Positions 10,052 to 18,653 of a stretch of DNA of 40,570 nucleotides are shown piece after piece. Both the position numbers and the translations under genes were made by a program. How positions within the stretch are numbered: position 1 is the stretch's first letter; each line of letters begins with the position of its first letter. Source of the DNA: a virus (lineage: Duplodnaviria; Caudoviricetes); the IMG/VR virus record IMGVR_UViG_3300024283_000047, positions 1 through 40,570 of that record; one strand, 5' to 3'. Below the pieces are notes generated by a model. That model was given only the letters and a program-made list of their open reading frames with translations. It searched no databases and had not been told where the DNA came from.

Positions 10052-10342
10052 CTATTTGTCGGTCAGGATGATCGACGCCGGAGCAGGAGTTGCTTGTACT
10101 GGTGCAACAGGATCGGCTGGTTTCGATGCCGACTCTTTCAATTTCTTGCCTGCCTGAGCCTTTGCGACGAGATCATCGACGTACGACCGCAGCACGGTGT
10201 TCGCGAAGTCTACAGCGAACCTGCGCGATGTCGCGTCGAGGATCATCTTGATGCCGCCGATCTCCCACGCGAGGGCGAAGCCGTTGACATCTTCAGGAAC
10301 TACTTTCGGGTAGTTTATTGGCATTGCTCCTCCGTTCGGCAT
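10052..10342 (-). CDS. hypothetical protein
   Basis: ORF in operon; an internal ATG with GGAGGAG RBS is a likely start. Confidence 0.65.
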   Translation of the reverse strand: MPNGGAMPINYPKVVPEDVNGFALAWEIGGIKMILDATSRRFAVDFANTVLRSYVDDLVAKAQAGKKLKESASKPADPVAPVQATPAPASIILTDK

Positions 10343-10559
10343 TTTGTTTCAGCACTTGCTGAATCGAGTCATCAACAGGCTCGACGTGTTCTTCGGGTAC
10401 TTCCGGTTCGATCTCCTTCGGAGTCACTTGCGGGAATCCGCACAGTGCAATCAGAGTCTGGAGTGCCCGCAATTTCGTGTGAGGCTTCGCGCCCTTCTTT
10501 GCAATCAAGACGCGTAACTGATTCTCGACGAATACACGCGTGCTAGTCTTGTGCGGCAT
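10293..10559 (-). CDS. hypothetical basic helical protein (candidate small terminase)
   Basis: Start MPHKTSTR behind GGAGGAG; small and upstream of terL; function is inference only. Confidence 0.5.
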   Translation of the reverse strand: MPHKTSTRVFVENQLRVLIAKKGAKPHTKLRALQTLIALCGFPQVTPKEIEPEVPEEHVEPVDDSIQQVLKQNAERRSNANKLPESSS

Positions 10560-10572
10560 GATCTCCTCCGGG

Positions 10573-10923
10573 TTAGAAGAGACTAATGCCCTTGAGCAAA
10601 GCGCCCTTCTTAAATGCGCCACGTTCCGTCAGCTTCGCGTGCCACTCTGCAAAGACCGGGCCGTGATTGTCGCGATAGTGTGTCGCGACGTGTACCATTT
10701 CGTGAATCAGCGTACTCAGCTTCTGCGAGTTCGTCTTGTTCTTGTCCCGGTTGAGCAGGATTTCATAACAGTGACGCTCGTCGTAGATGCGCTCGATGCA
10801 CGCGATGTCATTCTCTTCACCGGAGAGTGCCCAACGAACAATGACGTTCGAGGGTAACTCTCCGAAGAAGAATTTCTTGTTGATGGTTGAGTACCAGCGT
10901 TTAAGTGTTGGATCGGATCGCAT
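10573..10923 (-). CDS. SprT-like zinc metalloprotease
   Basis: NKKFF..LP, TLIHEMVH and HGPVF motifs. Confidence 0.8.
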   Translation of the reverse strand: MRSDPTLKRWYSTINKKFFFGELPSNVIVRWALSGEENDIACIERIYDERHCYEILLNRDKNKTNSQKLSTLIHEMVHVATHYRDNHGPVFAEWHAKLTERGAFKKGALLKGISLF

Positions 10924-10938
10924 GGCACCCTCCAGAAC

Positions 10939-11307
10939 TTACTCGCGGTTCGGGGCCTGTGACAGACCATCTGCGGGCTGCGAACCAGCCGGAGCGGTCG
11001 GAATAAACGGATCGACCGAAGTAGCGACCGGAACGAGAGCATTGCCCGTCGCGCCGGAAGTACCGTCAGCCAGAATGACCGACCGACGCTGGATCACGGT
11101 GCTTACCTGACGGAGACCAGCTTTGCCCGGAGGAACCGTGCCGATGATCGTCGCGCCACTTGCACCGTTCGAGCTACCGTCGCCGGGGGTGATCGTCTCC
11201 AGACCAGAGGTTGCGTCATTGAGACCGTCTGCTTGATACTGTTTCACTGCGCCAACTACCTGTACGCCTGCGGTCAAATCGCCTGCGGGTTTCAAAATTG
11301 CCGACAT
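10939..11307 (-). CDS. hypothetical G/A/T-rich, possibly virion protein
   Basis: ORF with AAGGA RBS. Confidence 0.7.
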   Translation of the reverse strand: MSAILKPAGDLTAGVQVVGAVKQYQADGLNDATSGLETITPGDGSSNGASGATIIGTVPPGKAGLRQVSTVIQRRSVILADGTSGATGNALVPVATSVDPFIPTAPAGSQPADGLSQAPNRE

Positions 11308-11325
11308 GTCAAATCCTTTTCTGCG

Positions 11326-12234
11326 TCATCCCCACCAGTCCTGCGTGAGTCCGTCCGCTGCGTACCCGCCACGTACCTTCTTGGGGGTTAATCCGATCTT
11401 GTGCTTATCGCCCACCGGATACTTCCAATCGCGGTTGCGATCATACTGGTGAACGATACAAAACGGTTCGCTACTTCCCTGCGGGTACAGGATGCCCTGT
11501 CTCAAGTCAGGTAGCGGGTCGAGCCAAAATTTTCTGTCAAGATTGCCGAAGCAGTACCCGATGACCGCAAAGCCCTCGGACAACCGGGGGACGATGACTT
11601 TGCTCTTGAAGTCAGGCTCTCGGGCGATGACATTCAAGGCTGCTTGCTCCACGATCTGATGCGTGTCCCACTTGCAGATTTCAATCGTTCGCCGGAAAAT
11701 TTCGGCCATCTCTTCGGGCCTGCCTGCGAACGTTCCTCCGTTTAACGCTTCCTCTTCACGAGTCGCCGCGTACGTCTCCGGGGTGAAAATGTTCTTGACC
11801 CAGTTATCGTTGCACTGCTCGTTCTTGATCGCGTAACTCTCGGTCGCCGCTACGACCTTCAAGTCACCGACCAAATACTTCTCCATCCACAAAGACGGAT
11901 CAGTTTGGAAGATCAAGTCGCGAATGTCCATCCACAGGATGAACCTAAACTCATGCCCACGCTTGCTGATGAAGTCGTGCGCGAGAACATCGCGGTACTC
12001 GTAGAAATTTTTGTGTTCTTCGTGCCACGAGCCGCCAGAGTATTTCTGGGGCACGTCGATCAACTCGAATCCGTACTCGATCAACTTCGCTCTCACATTC
12101 GCCGCGAGGTTCCATACGAGGAGAATCTTACGACCGCGAAATCCGCAAGTCTGTGACGATGCCATGTAAGCCTCGATCCAGTCGAAGCCTTGATTAGCGA
12201 ATACGCCGAGTAGCAGATCGTTGGTCGCGTCCAT
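11326..12234 (-). CDS. GT-A-fold glycosyltransferase-like protein
   Basis: MDIRDLIFQ, LNGGTFAG, EQAALN, IVHQYDR motifs; start overlaps the upstream stop (TAATG). Confidence 0.65.
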   Translation of the reverse strand: MDATNDLLLGVFANQGFDWIEAYMASSQTCGFRGRKILLVWNLAANVRAKLIEYGFELIDVPQKYSGGSWHEEHKNFYEYRDVLAHDFISKRGHEFRFILWMDIRDLIFQTDPSLWMEKYLVGDLKVVAATESYAIKNEQCNDNWVKNIFTPETYAATREEEALNGGTFAGRPEEMAEIFRRTIEICKWDTHQIVEQAALNVIAREPDFKSKVIVPRLSEGFAVIGYCFGNLDRKFWLDPLPDLRQGILYPQGSSEPFCIVHQYDRNRDWKYPVGDKHKIGLTPKKVRGGYAADGLTQDWWG

Positions 12235-13088
12235 TACTCCTCCGTAAATTCCTTCGCGTACTCCGCGAGACATTCGCGCCACGGTCGGGGCGAAAATCCG
12301 GGGATTACGCTGTTTACTAATACTTCGCTCTCGGGACGCGGGGCGTCGTAGCCTTTGGTCATGAAAAACGCCGAGCCGACGCAGTTGACGGTGATGTCCG
12401 TCCGCCCTAACAGCCTGACGAACTCTTTGGCGATCTCGTATCGGGATGCAGCACCTTCACAAGAGACGTGATATGTGCCGAACTTCCCACTTCTCAAGAT
12501 CGCGTCAATCGCTTGACACAGGTCGGGGAGATACGAGAGTGAGCCGAACTTGTCGCCCACAGCATTGATCGTTGTCTTGCCGTCTACGATCTGCTTGTAA
12601 ATCTTGCCGATGAATTTCGTGTCGGTCTGGCCACCGCCGAAGCACCATTCTGTCCTGACGACGAAATGCTTTGGGATCGAGCGAGTGATCTGTTCTCCCA
12701 TCAGCTTTGTCTTGCCGTAGGTCGAAATTGGCTTCGTTTGGTCGAAAACCGTGTACTCTGGCTGCGTTCCGTCGAAAACACATGCGGAACTAAGGTACAG
12801 CAGCGGGATGTCAAGATCGGACGCGATCAACGCGACGTTCGCCGTCCCGAGGGCATGAATGTTCAGCGCCTTCTTGGGTTCCTGTTGGCACGCTTCCATG
12901 TCGCATAGTGCCGCAAGGTTGATGATGAAATCCGGGCCAAACTTAATGATGCTGTCCTGCAACGCGTAGTAATCTCGGATATCGACTCGTGGGCAAGTCA
13001 CTCCGGGTGCCGACAAAGTATGCTCTGTGAAGTGCTTGATGACGGCGGTTCCAACCATGCCACTTCCGCCAAGGATGTAAATCCGCAT
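12234..13088 (-). CDS. rmlD: dTDP-4-dehydrorhamnose reductase-like SDR (RmlD/RfbD family)
   Basis: GGSGMVG Rossmann motif, INLAA, YLSSACVFDG, YGKTK catalytic motif, RP..S.L; start MRIYILG. Confidence 0.85.
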   Translation of the reverse strand: MRIYILGGSGMVGTAVIKHFTEHTLSAPGVTCPRVDIRDYYALQDSIIKFGPDFIINLAALCDMEACQQEPKKALNIHALGTANVALIASDLDIPLLYLSSACVFDGTQPEYTVFDQTKPISTYGKTKLMGEQITRSIPKHFVVRTEWCFGGGQTDTKFIGKIYKQIVDGKTTINAVGDKFGSLSYLPDLCQAIDAILRSGKFGTYHVSCEGAASRYEIAKEFVRLLGRTDITVNCVGSAFFMTKGYDAPRPESEVLVNSVIPGFSPRPWRECLAEYAKEFTEE

Positions 13089-14029
13089 CAGCACCCCCCT
13101 TCGCGCATACCTCCTTTGGGGTCGGTACGTGCCTTTATCAATACCTCGCCAAGCTGAATGATGTTTCTCCGAGTCCATCCCTTCGCTGCGATAATGCCGC
13201 GATAGTAAATCTGGTCGTGAACCATCGAACCGGGCGTCCACGTCGGGGTAGCGTCCGCTGCGCGGAGCCACGCTTCCTGCGTGTCGTAACTGAAGTCACA
13301 AATTCCGCTGTCCAACTGCATACCGCAGTGAACAACTTTGATCTCCGGGTCTGCGAAAGGCGCGACCATGCGGTCGAGGTAGCCTTCGAGCATGTCATTG
13401 TCGTCGTCGAACGCACAGACGAGATCGCCAGTCACATACTGGTAGCCACAGTTCTTTGCGTAGCAAGGGTTCGCCACGTCGCTGTGTTCGTAGATTCGGA
13501 TGCGCGGATCAGCCGGGAGATCGACAACGCCGTCCTTCTCGTTGTTGATGACTATCAATTCCCAGTTCTGGTACGTCTGATCCAAAAGCGTTTGGACAGT
13601 GCGACGTATTGTATGCTGCCTGCGAAACGTACCCATGATGATTGAGACCTTGGGTCTATACTCAGGGTTGTACGTAAAATCGTGGATATCGTCCACGAGC
13701 ATCAGCCAGCGGTAGGTGCAGTACGGGAACAACTGCTTCGGAGTCAGGTCTTCCGTAAACTCCAGAATCTCGTAGGGCGACTTGACGAGCGCCGCGATCT
13801 GGCGCTTGAATGACGCGATGTGATCTTGGTTCTTCGCGTTCAGAATGCAGTACGAGACACCACTCGCGCCGTCAATGTTCGCCGTCCACCATTCGGGGAG
13901 CGGCACAGGCCAGCGTGTGTCTTCGGGATGCGCGGTCTCAAACCAGTCTATCGTCAAACCATCAGCGGCGTAGCGCGATTTACGCGGTCGGTGTACTAAC
14001 GGTGGGCGCTTGGGTTGAACCTGCGACAT
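13088..14029 (-). CDS. glycosyltransferase family 2 with an N-terminal extension
   Basis: PKVSIIMGTFRR, QTYQNWELIVIN, GDLVCAFDDD. Confidence 0.85.
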   Translation of the reverse strand: MSQVQPKRPPLVHRPRKSRYAADGLTIDWFETAHPEDTRWPVPLPEWWTANIDGASGVSYCILNAKNQDHIASFKRQIAALVKSPYEILEFTEDLTPKQLFPYCTYRWLMLVDDIHDFTYNPEYRPKVSIIMGTFRRQHTIRRTVQTLLDQTYQNWELIVINNEKDGVVDLPADPRIRIYEHSDVANPCYAKNCGYQYVTGDLVCAFDDDNDMLEGYLDRMVAPFADPEIKVVHCGMQLDSGICDFSYDTQEAWLRAADATPTWTPGSMVHDQIYYRGIIAAKGWTRRNIIQLGEVLIKARTDPKGGMREGGC

Positions 14030-14711
14030 ACAGCCTCCTCATAACCTCGGGCGTGCAACTGTGGAAAGACGCGAGGCCAGTGGGGTCGATGTCAATCGGA
14101 ACTTTGTATCCAGTGTCCCATTGATTGCGGGTGTTCTTGATGTGGTTCATCGGAATGCGATTGTCCGCCGCGACCGTGCCGATCCAAACATCGTCTGCGT
14201 AGTTATTGACCGGGGACGAAATGACAAGTTCCATCATCTTGCGCGATAGGAACATGCAGCCGCCCGGATGAAAATGCTGCGGACTCGATCCAGAGTAATC
14301 ATGGTCGGCCCAGTTCGTCGCGAAGAGTCTGTCGGGATAAATGAAGGTGTCGTCGTCACAGCGTAGGAGAAAATCGTAGCCGTGATCGAGCGCCCAGCGG
14401 CAGATCGCTTTCATCTTAGCAGGGTTCTGTGTGTAGTTGTCTCCGCAGTCGAGGAAAATTTCATCAGCAAGAGGTTCACGCAGAATTGGAGTCGGAACAC
14501 GTCTGCGGTCGCCGTCCTGTCTCAGCTTTGTGCCGTAGAAGAATCGGTAGGGAACATCACCAAGTTGCTTGACCCATGTGTCGCGGATCGTGTTCACCCG
14601 AGCCTGCTGATCGAGGCATCGCAAGTTCTTTTGGGTACACCAGTCGATGGAGAGATCGTCGAGATAGTAGTCGAGACGGTGACATGTCATGATCGCGACG
14701 AGTAGCTTCAT
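13980..14711 (-). CDS. GT31/Fringe-like galactosyltransferase
   Basis: LLVAIMTC, IRDTW, DNY..K, LLRCDDDTFI, GGCMFLS, DDVWIG; start MKLLVAI behind GGAGG. Confidence 0.8.
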   Translation of the reverse strand: MKLLVAIMTCHRLDYYLDDLSIDWCTQKNLRCLDQQARVNTIRDTWVKQLGDVPYRFFYGTKLRQDGDRRRVPTPILREPLADEIFLDCGDNYTQNPAKMKAICRWALDHGYDFLLRCDDDTFIYPDRLFATNWADHDYSGSSPQHFHPGGCMFLSRKMMELVISSPVNNYADDVWIGTVAADNRIPMNHIKNTRNQWDTGYKVPIDIDPTGLASFHSCTPEVMRRLYVAGSTQAPTVSTPTA

Positions 14712-14996
14712 CGGTTCCTCCAGAAATAACGAAGGCCCACTCGACACCGGGTGGTGGAGTGGGCCTAATGTCGGCAATGGTGGTGGGGTCTCCACGCTTC
14801 CGGCTTTCACCGGGGAGGAACCATGCCGTTTGTCGGGTAGATCAATGTGTGACCGAACTTAGATTATTGGTCTTTTGTCATGCCAAAAGGCGTCGGTCTG
14901 CCAAAATTCGTTTTCTACTTCCTCTCACCCTTGTTACGTTTTCGCCCAATTTTCGCCCCAGAAGGCTGTAAGTCTATGAAAGCACGCCGAATAAAA

Positions 14997-15215
14997 TTAC
15001 TCCGGCTTCTCGCCTTTTGGTACAACCCTGCCGTCATTTACGGTCTGGAAGCCGTGTAATCTGTCAACCTCAGCCGATCCGCCGATATACGACAGACGGC
15101 GCGTATTCTGCCCTCTGGTCATCTGGAGATCGGCGCGGAACAGAACTTCTTCCCAGTATTCCTGCGATTCAGGGTCTAAGCCCCTCAAATCAATGTCTTT
15201 AGCCTTGCGTCCCAT
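14997..15215 (-). CDS. hypothetical protein
   Basis: ORF with GGAGG RBS overlapping the upstream gene. Confidence 0.65.
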   Translation of the reverse strand: MGRKAKDIDLRGLDPESQEYWEEVLFRADLQMTRGQNTRRLSYIGGSAEVDRLHGFQTVNDGRVVPKGEKPE

Positions 15216-15435
15216 CGCCTCCTACTTTCTGGATTTTCTTCCGGTCTTTCGCCTTTGGTTCGTCTTCATAGAGCGGCTGCATCTTGCCAACCTCGCGCAG
15301 TTTGGTTCCGAACATCGGGTTGTCGAACTCAACGAGTTGAACAGCAACGCCATCCTCGTCACGCTGTAGTGGCCCGGTCACTGTCCCCGGCCCGGTGAAG
15401 TACCCCGTGATGCGCTCTCCGATCTCAAATGCCAT
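15199..15435 (-). CDS. hypothetical small SH3-like beta protein
   Basis: FEIGERI..GPGTV pattern; GGAGG RBS. Confidence 0.65.
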   Translation of the reverse strand: MAFEIGERITGYFTGPGTVTGPLQRDEDGVAVQLVEFDNPMFGTKLREVGKMQPLYEDEPKAKDRKKIQKVGGDGTQG

Positions 15436-15444
15436 GCGTCCTCC

Positions 15445-15708
15445 CTATCGTGCTGATGGATGTTTGGTCTGGTAGTAGGCAATGGCGACCGCGATGTCCT
15501 TATGCTTCGAGCAGAATCGCAGCCAGCCGCTTCTCTTGGAGCCGACGAACCGAGTGACGACCCCGGTGCAATGAGGAACATCGCAGTGGCACTTGGCCCA
15601 ATAAAGGTTCGCCTTCTTGCTGGTCTCCCCTTTGATCGAAGCCATCCGTTCAGTGACAGCATCCCCGTAGACCTTGGGCTGCGGGCTGTATGTCGATACC
15701 ATGTGCAT
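15445..15708 (-). CDS. hypothetical Cys/His protein
   Basis: CHCDVPHC..CSKH; first gene after the leftward promoter. Confidence 0.6.
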   Translation of the reverse strand: MHMVSTYSPQPKVYGDAVTERMASIKGETSKKANLYWAKCHCDVPHCTGVVTRFVGSKRSGWLRFCSKHKDIAVAIAYYQTKHPSAR

Positions 15709-15729
15709 CGTGTGTTCCCCCTAGAAACC

Positions 15730-15758
15730 ATCCTATCACCTGCGTTGAGAAATTGCAA
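15730..15758 (-). promoter_or_regulatory. leftward sigma70-like promoter
   Basis: TTGCAA-N17-TAGGAT with extended -10 TG. Confidence 0.6.
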
Positions 15759-15782
15759 CCAACATTTTCTTAAAATTGATGC

Positions 15783-15811
15783 TTGACGCGGGGTCGGGGA
15801 CATGCTAGGAT
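15783..15811 (+). promoter_or_regulatory. rightward sigma70-like promoter of the replication operon
   Basis: TTGACG-N17-TAGGAT with extended -10 TG. Confidence 0.7.
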
Positions 15812-15883
15812 TAACTCTGGGGGAAGGCACGACCATTTCTCCCCGCTTCACCATATCGCCTACTTAGGCAGAAAGCTGGAACA

Positions 15884-16297
15884 ATGTCTCTCGTAATCAA
15901 GGACAAGGTGTACGAGCAGTTGACCGAAGGACTGCACAATGTGACCATCACCAAGGTTGAAGACCTTGGCCCGCAGGAAACCCAGTTCGGAACCAAGGAT
16001 CGCCTCCGCGTGATCTTTACCGCGTCCGACCAGAAAGACAAGGAAAACAACCCTGTCGATGTCCGCATGACTTTCACCAAGAGCCTGCACGTCAAGTCGG
16101 GCTTCGTGAAACAGTTACTCTCACCCCTCGGCTTCTCTGTGGGTAACGAGTTCGATGCCAATGACATCGTTGGCACGAAATGCCAAGTCGTGATTCAGCA
16201 CAAGGAATCCGATGGCAAGACCTACGCGAACGTGACCGCAATCCTGCGGATTCGTCCCGCTGGGCAGAAGGCTGCTCCGGTCGCGGAACAGTTCTAG
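15884..16297 (+). CDS. putative single-stranded DNA-binding protein (DUF669-like OB fold)
   Basis: EGLHNVTITKVE..DIVGTKCQVVI..YANV pattern; adjacent to the primase. Confidence 0.6.
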   Translation: MSLVIKDKVYEQLTEGLHNVTITKVEDLGPQETQFGTKDRLRVIFTASDQKDKENNPVDVRMTFTKSLHVKSGFVKQLLSPLGFSVGNEFDANDIVGTKCQVVIQHKESDGKTYANVTAILRIRPAGQKAAPVAEQF

Positions 16298-16379
16298 CTC
16301 TCTCCCGTCTATTTATAAACGGTAGACACACGCACAGGGGGACGCCCGTCTCCCTGCTGCGTTTCTGTTCGGAGGTAAG

Positions 16380-18449
16380 ATGGCCGACAAGCAAGTCGTA
16401 GCGGAGTTGAGAGCAGCAGCCGAGGATGCAGTCAATCGCGGCTTTGCGATCTTGACATGCGAACCACATCTGAAAGACCCGTGGGCGAAATATTCGCCGC
16501 ACGCTGTCAATTCTGCGTCACGCGTTCCTGAGATCGCATTCAAGGCGTGGGACGAAGGACACGAAGCAAATTACGGAGTCGCCGGAGGGCCGTCCAACAT
16601 CACTATCGTCGATGTGGACAAGGGGATTCCTAACGTCACGGCCCTGAAGCACTGGATGGAGTCCATCGGACTCCCTGAGACATTCACCGTCCAGACTGGA
16701 CGAGACGGAGAGTTCGGCGCTCACTTGTATTACTCGGGCGCGGTCAAGACGACTCCGTACCAGATCGAGGGTGTCGTAGGAGAACTGCGCGGCATCGGAG
16801 CATACGTCGTTGGCCCCGGTTCGATTCACCCTTCTGGCAAGAAATACACGATCATCAACGACTGCACCATCGTCCCGCTACCCGAGGGCATGAAGGCTCT
16901 CGCGTCGAAGCACGACAAGAAGGGACTTGAGTTTAAGCCTGCTGCTACAACCGGGGAACTAATCCCTGAAGGCAATCGCTGGGTTCACTTGCAATCGAAG
17001 GCCGGAACGTTTCGCAACGCGGGACTCGACCGAGACGGAATTTATCATGCGCTGAAGAACTTCGCCGCGAACAACTGCGAAGACGGCGCAAACTATCCCG
17101 ACGACAAGATTCAGGCTCTTGCCGATGCTGCGTCCCAAGTGTTCGACGCGGCTGAGGCTACACCTGTCGTGTTCTTTGGCGACGGCAAGAAAATTGATGT
17201 CAACATCGCGGAGATTCCCAGTGAAGCTATCGAAGGCGATTGGATCGGAGAACTGTCTCACCACGTTGCTGACGGGACGTTCATCCCGCTGTCTTTCGCC
17301 CGAGCGCAGATCAAGACTATTCTCGGCGCTTCCCTCGACGGTCTGGTTGGATTCCCGCATCAGCCTGACTTGAACATGAAGCACTGGACAATGCTGATCT
17401 CGGCTAACCCCGAATCCGGCAAAGGCATGTCGTGGAAGCGTACGGGCGAGTCAGCACTCGCGAATTACATCGCTAAGACGGGCGTTGTCATGCCTCGATC
17501 TGGTTGGTTCTCCTCCGGCGAACATCTCATCAAGAAATTGTGCGATGGTGAGTTCGAGAACAAGAACACGCTGACGTATTTCGACGAGTTAGCAACTCTG
17601 TTCATGAAGGGCGCTGCCCAAAACTCAACTCTGTTCAAACACATGACGGAACTCTACGACCGTAGTGACGGCAGCGCAGGATCACTGTCTCACGAAGGCG
17701 GCGAGTTCAACAACATCTCGATCAGCTTCACTGGTGGATTCACCGTGTCGTCATTCGACGCCTCGATCTCTGGCAAGGGTGCGGGTGGTGACGGATTCCT
17801 ATCCCGCTGTGTTCTCGCGTACACCGGGACTGTCAAACACGCCGGGGACTGGGCACCGCAAGACACCGCGACGATCAACAAAATCGCTGGAGACATGTTG
17901 ACTCGTTGGGGCCAGTTGAAGACGGAGTTCTCAAAGAACAAATTGCGGTTCATCCCCAAGGAGACTGAGGAAGCCAAGGAGTTGCGACACCAGTTTCAGA
18001 AGTTCCTGTCACAGAAACGCAAAGAGTATGACGCTGCTGGTGTCCAAGATGTCATTTCTCGTATCGAGAAGCACTTCAAGTCTGATCTACTTCTCCGCGC
18101 TCTTTTCTCCGGCGATATCAACACACCGCTCGAAGAGATCACGATCACTGCGGATATGGCGAAGCGATCTGTCGCATGGGCTACGTTCGAGATTTACCTT
18201 CGCGAAGAGTTGTGGCCTGTCGATAAGGGCAACCTCGTCGAACGGATGGAGCAGTGCATGAGGCGGGCGCTGAAGAAACACGAGCACCTGACTAAGACCC
18301 AGTTGATGACGGCCTGTAACGTTCACCGGGCTGGCAGCGGCGGCGCAACGACGTTCAACATGGCGTGGTCAGCAGTTCTTCGGGCGGGCCTGATCGAAGT
18401 CGTAGGTCGGACGCACAAAGGGACTGAGAAATTCGGGTTGGTTTCGTGA
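16380..18449 (+). CDS. bifunctional primase-polymerase fused to a helicase-like P-loop domain
   Basis: NYGVA..VDVD, TG..G.HLYY, YVVGPGSIH (Prim-Pol); EGNR (PriCT-like); NPESGKG, YFDEL, DGFLSR. Confidence 0.85.
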   Translation: MADKQVVAELRAAAEDAVNRGFAILTCEPHLKDPWAKYSPHAVNSASRVPEIAFKAWDEGHEANYGVAGGPSNITIVDVDKGIPNVTALKHWMESIGLPETFTVQTGRDGEFGAHLYYSGAVKTTPYQIEGVVGELRGIGAYVVGPGSIHPSGKKYTIINDCTIVPLPEGMKALASKHDKKGLEFKPAATTGELIPEGNRWVHLQSKAGTFRNAGLDRDGIYHALKNFAANNCEDGANYPDDKIQALADAASQVFDAAEATPVVFFGDGKKIDVNIAEIPSEAIEGDWIGELSHHVADGTFIPLSFARAQIKTILGASLDGLVGFPHQPDLNMKHWTMLISANPESGKGMSWKRTGESALANYIAKTGVVMPRSGWFSSGEHLIKKLCDGEFENKNTLTYFDELATLFMKGAAQNSTLFKHMTELYDRSDGSAGSLSHEGGEFNNISISFTGGFTVSSFDASISGKGAGGDGFLSRCVLAYTGTVKHAGDWAPQDTATINKIAGDMLTRWGQLKTEFSKNKLRFIPKETEEAKELRHQFQKFLSQKRKEYDAAGVQDVISRIEKHFKSDLLLRALFSGDINTPLEEITITADMAKRSVAWATFEIYLREELWPVDKGNLVERMEQCMRRALKKHEHLTKTQLMTACNVHRAGSGGATTFNMAWSAVLRAGLIEVVGRTHKGTEKFGLVS

Positions 18450-18653
18450 TTCAGTGTCACAGACCCCCCTTAACACATATACGGGAAAATATTCTTTTGT
18501 TTTCTTATATATATGGGGCTGGCTATACCCCCCTATTTGACAGCGATTCGATTTGACAGGTCGATCAACTATGATTCTAAAGGGGTTAAGGGGCAAAATG
18601 AGGGTGACAGCGATTGAATCGAACCACTGTCAACTGATTCTAAAGGACTTACG
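18450..18653. other. candidate replication origin (AT-rich core with direct and inverted repeats)
   Basis: AT-rich tract ~18475-18515; TGACAGCGATT x2; GATTCTAAAGG x2; CCCCTTAAC/GTTAAGGGG inverted repeat; lies between primase and polymerase. Confidence 0.5.

Noticed and set aside
14875-14910. Sigma54 promoter (TGGCA on the - strand)
   Set aside because: No TTGC -12 element at the right spacing
40-14971. Many + strand ORFs in the late region (e.g. 40..585, 5460..6119, 7319..8116)
   Set aside because: Antisense shadows of well-supported - strand genes in GC-rich DNA; no motifs or RBS
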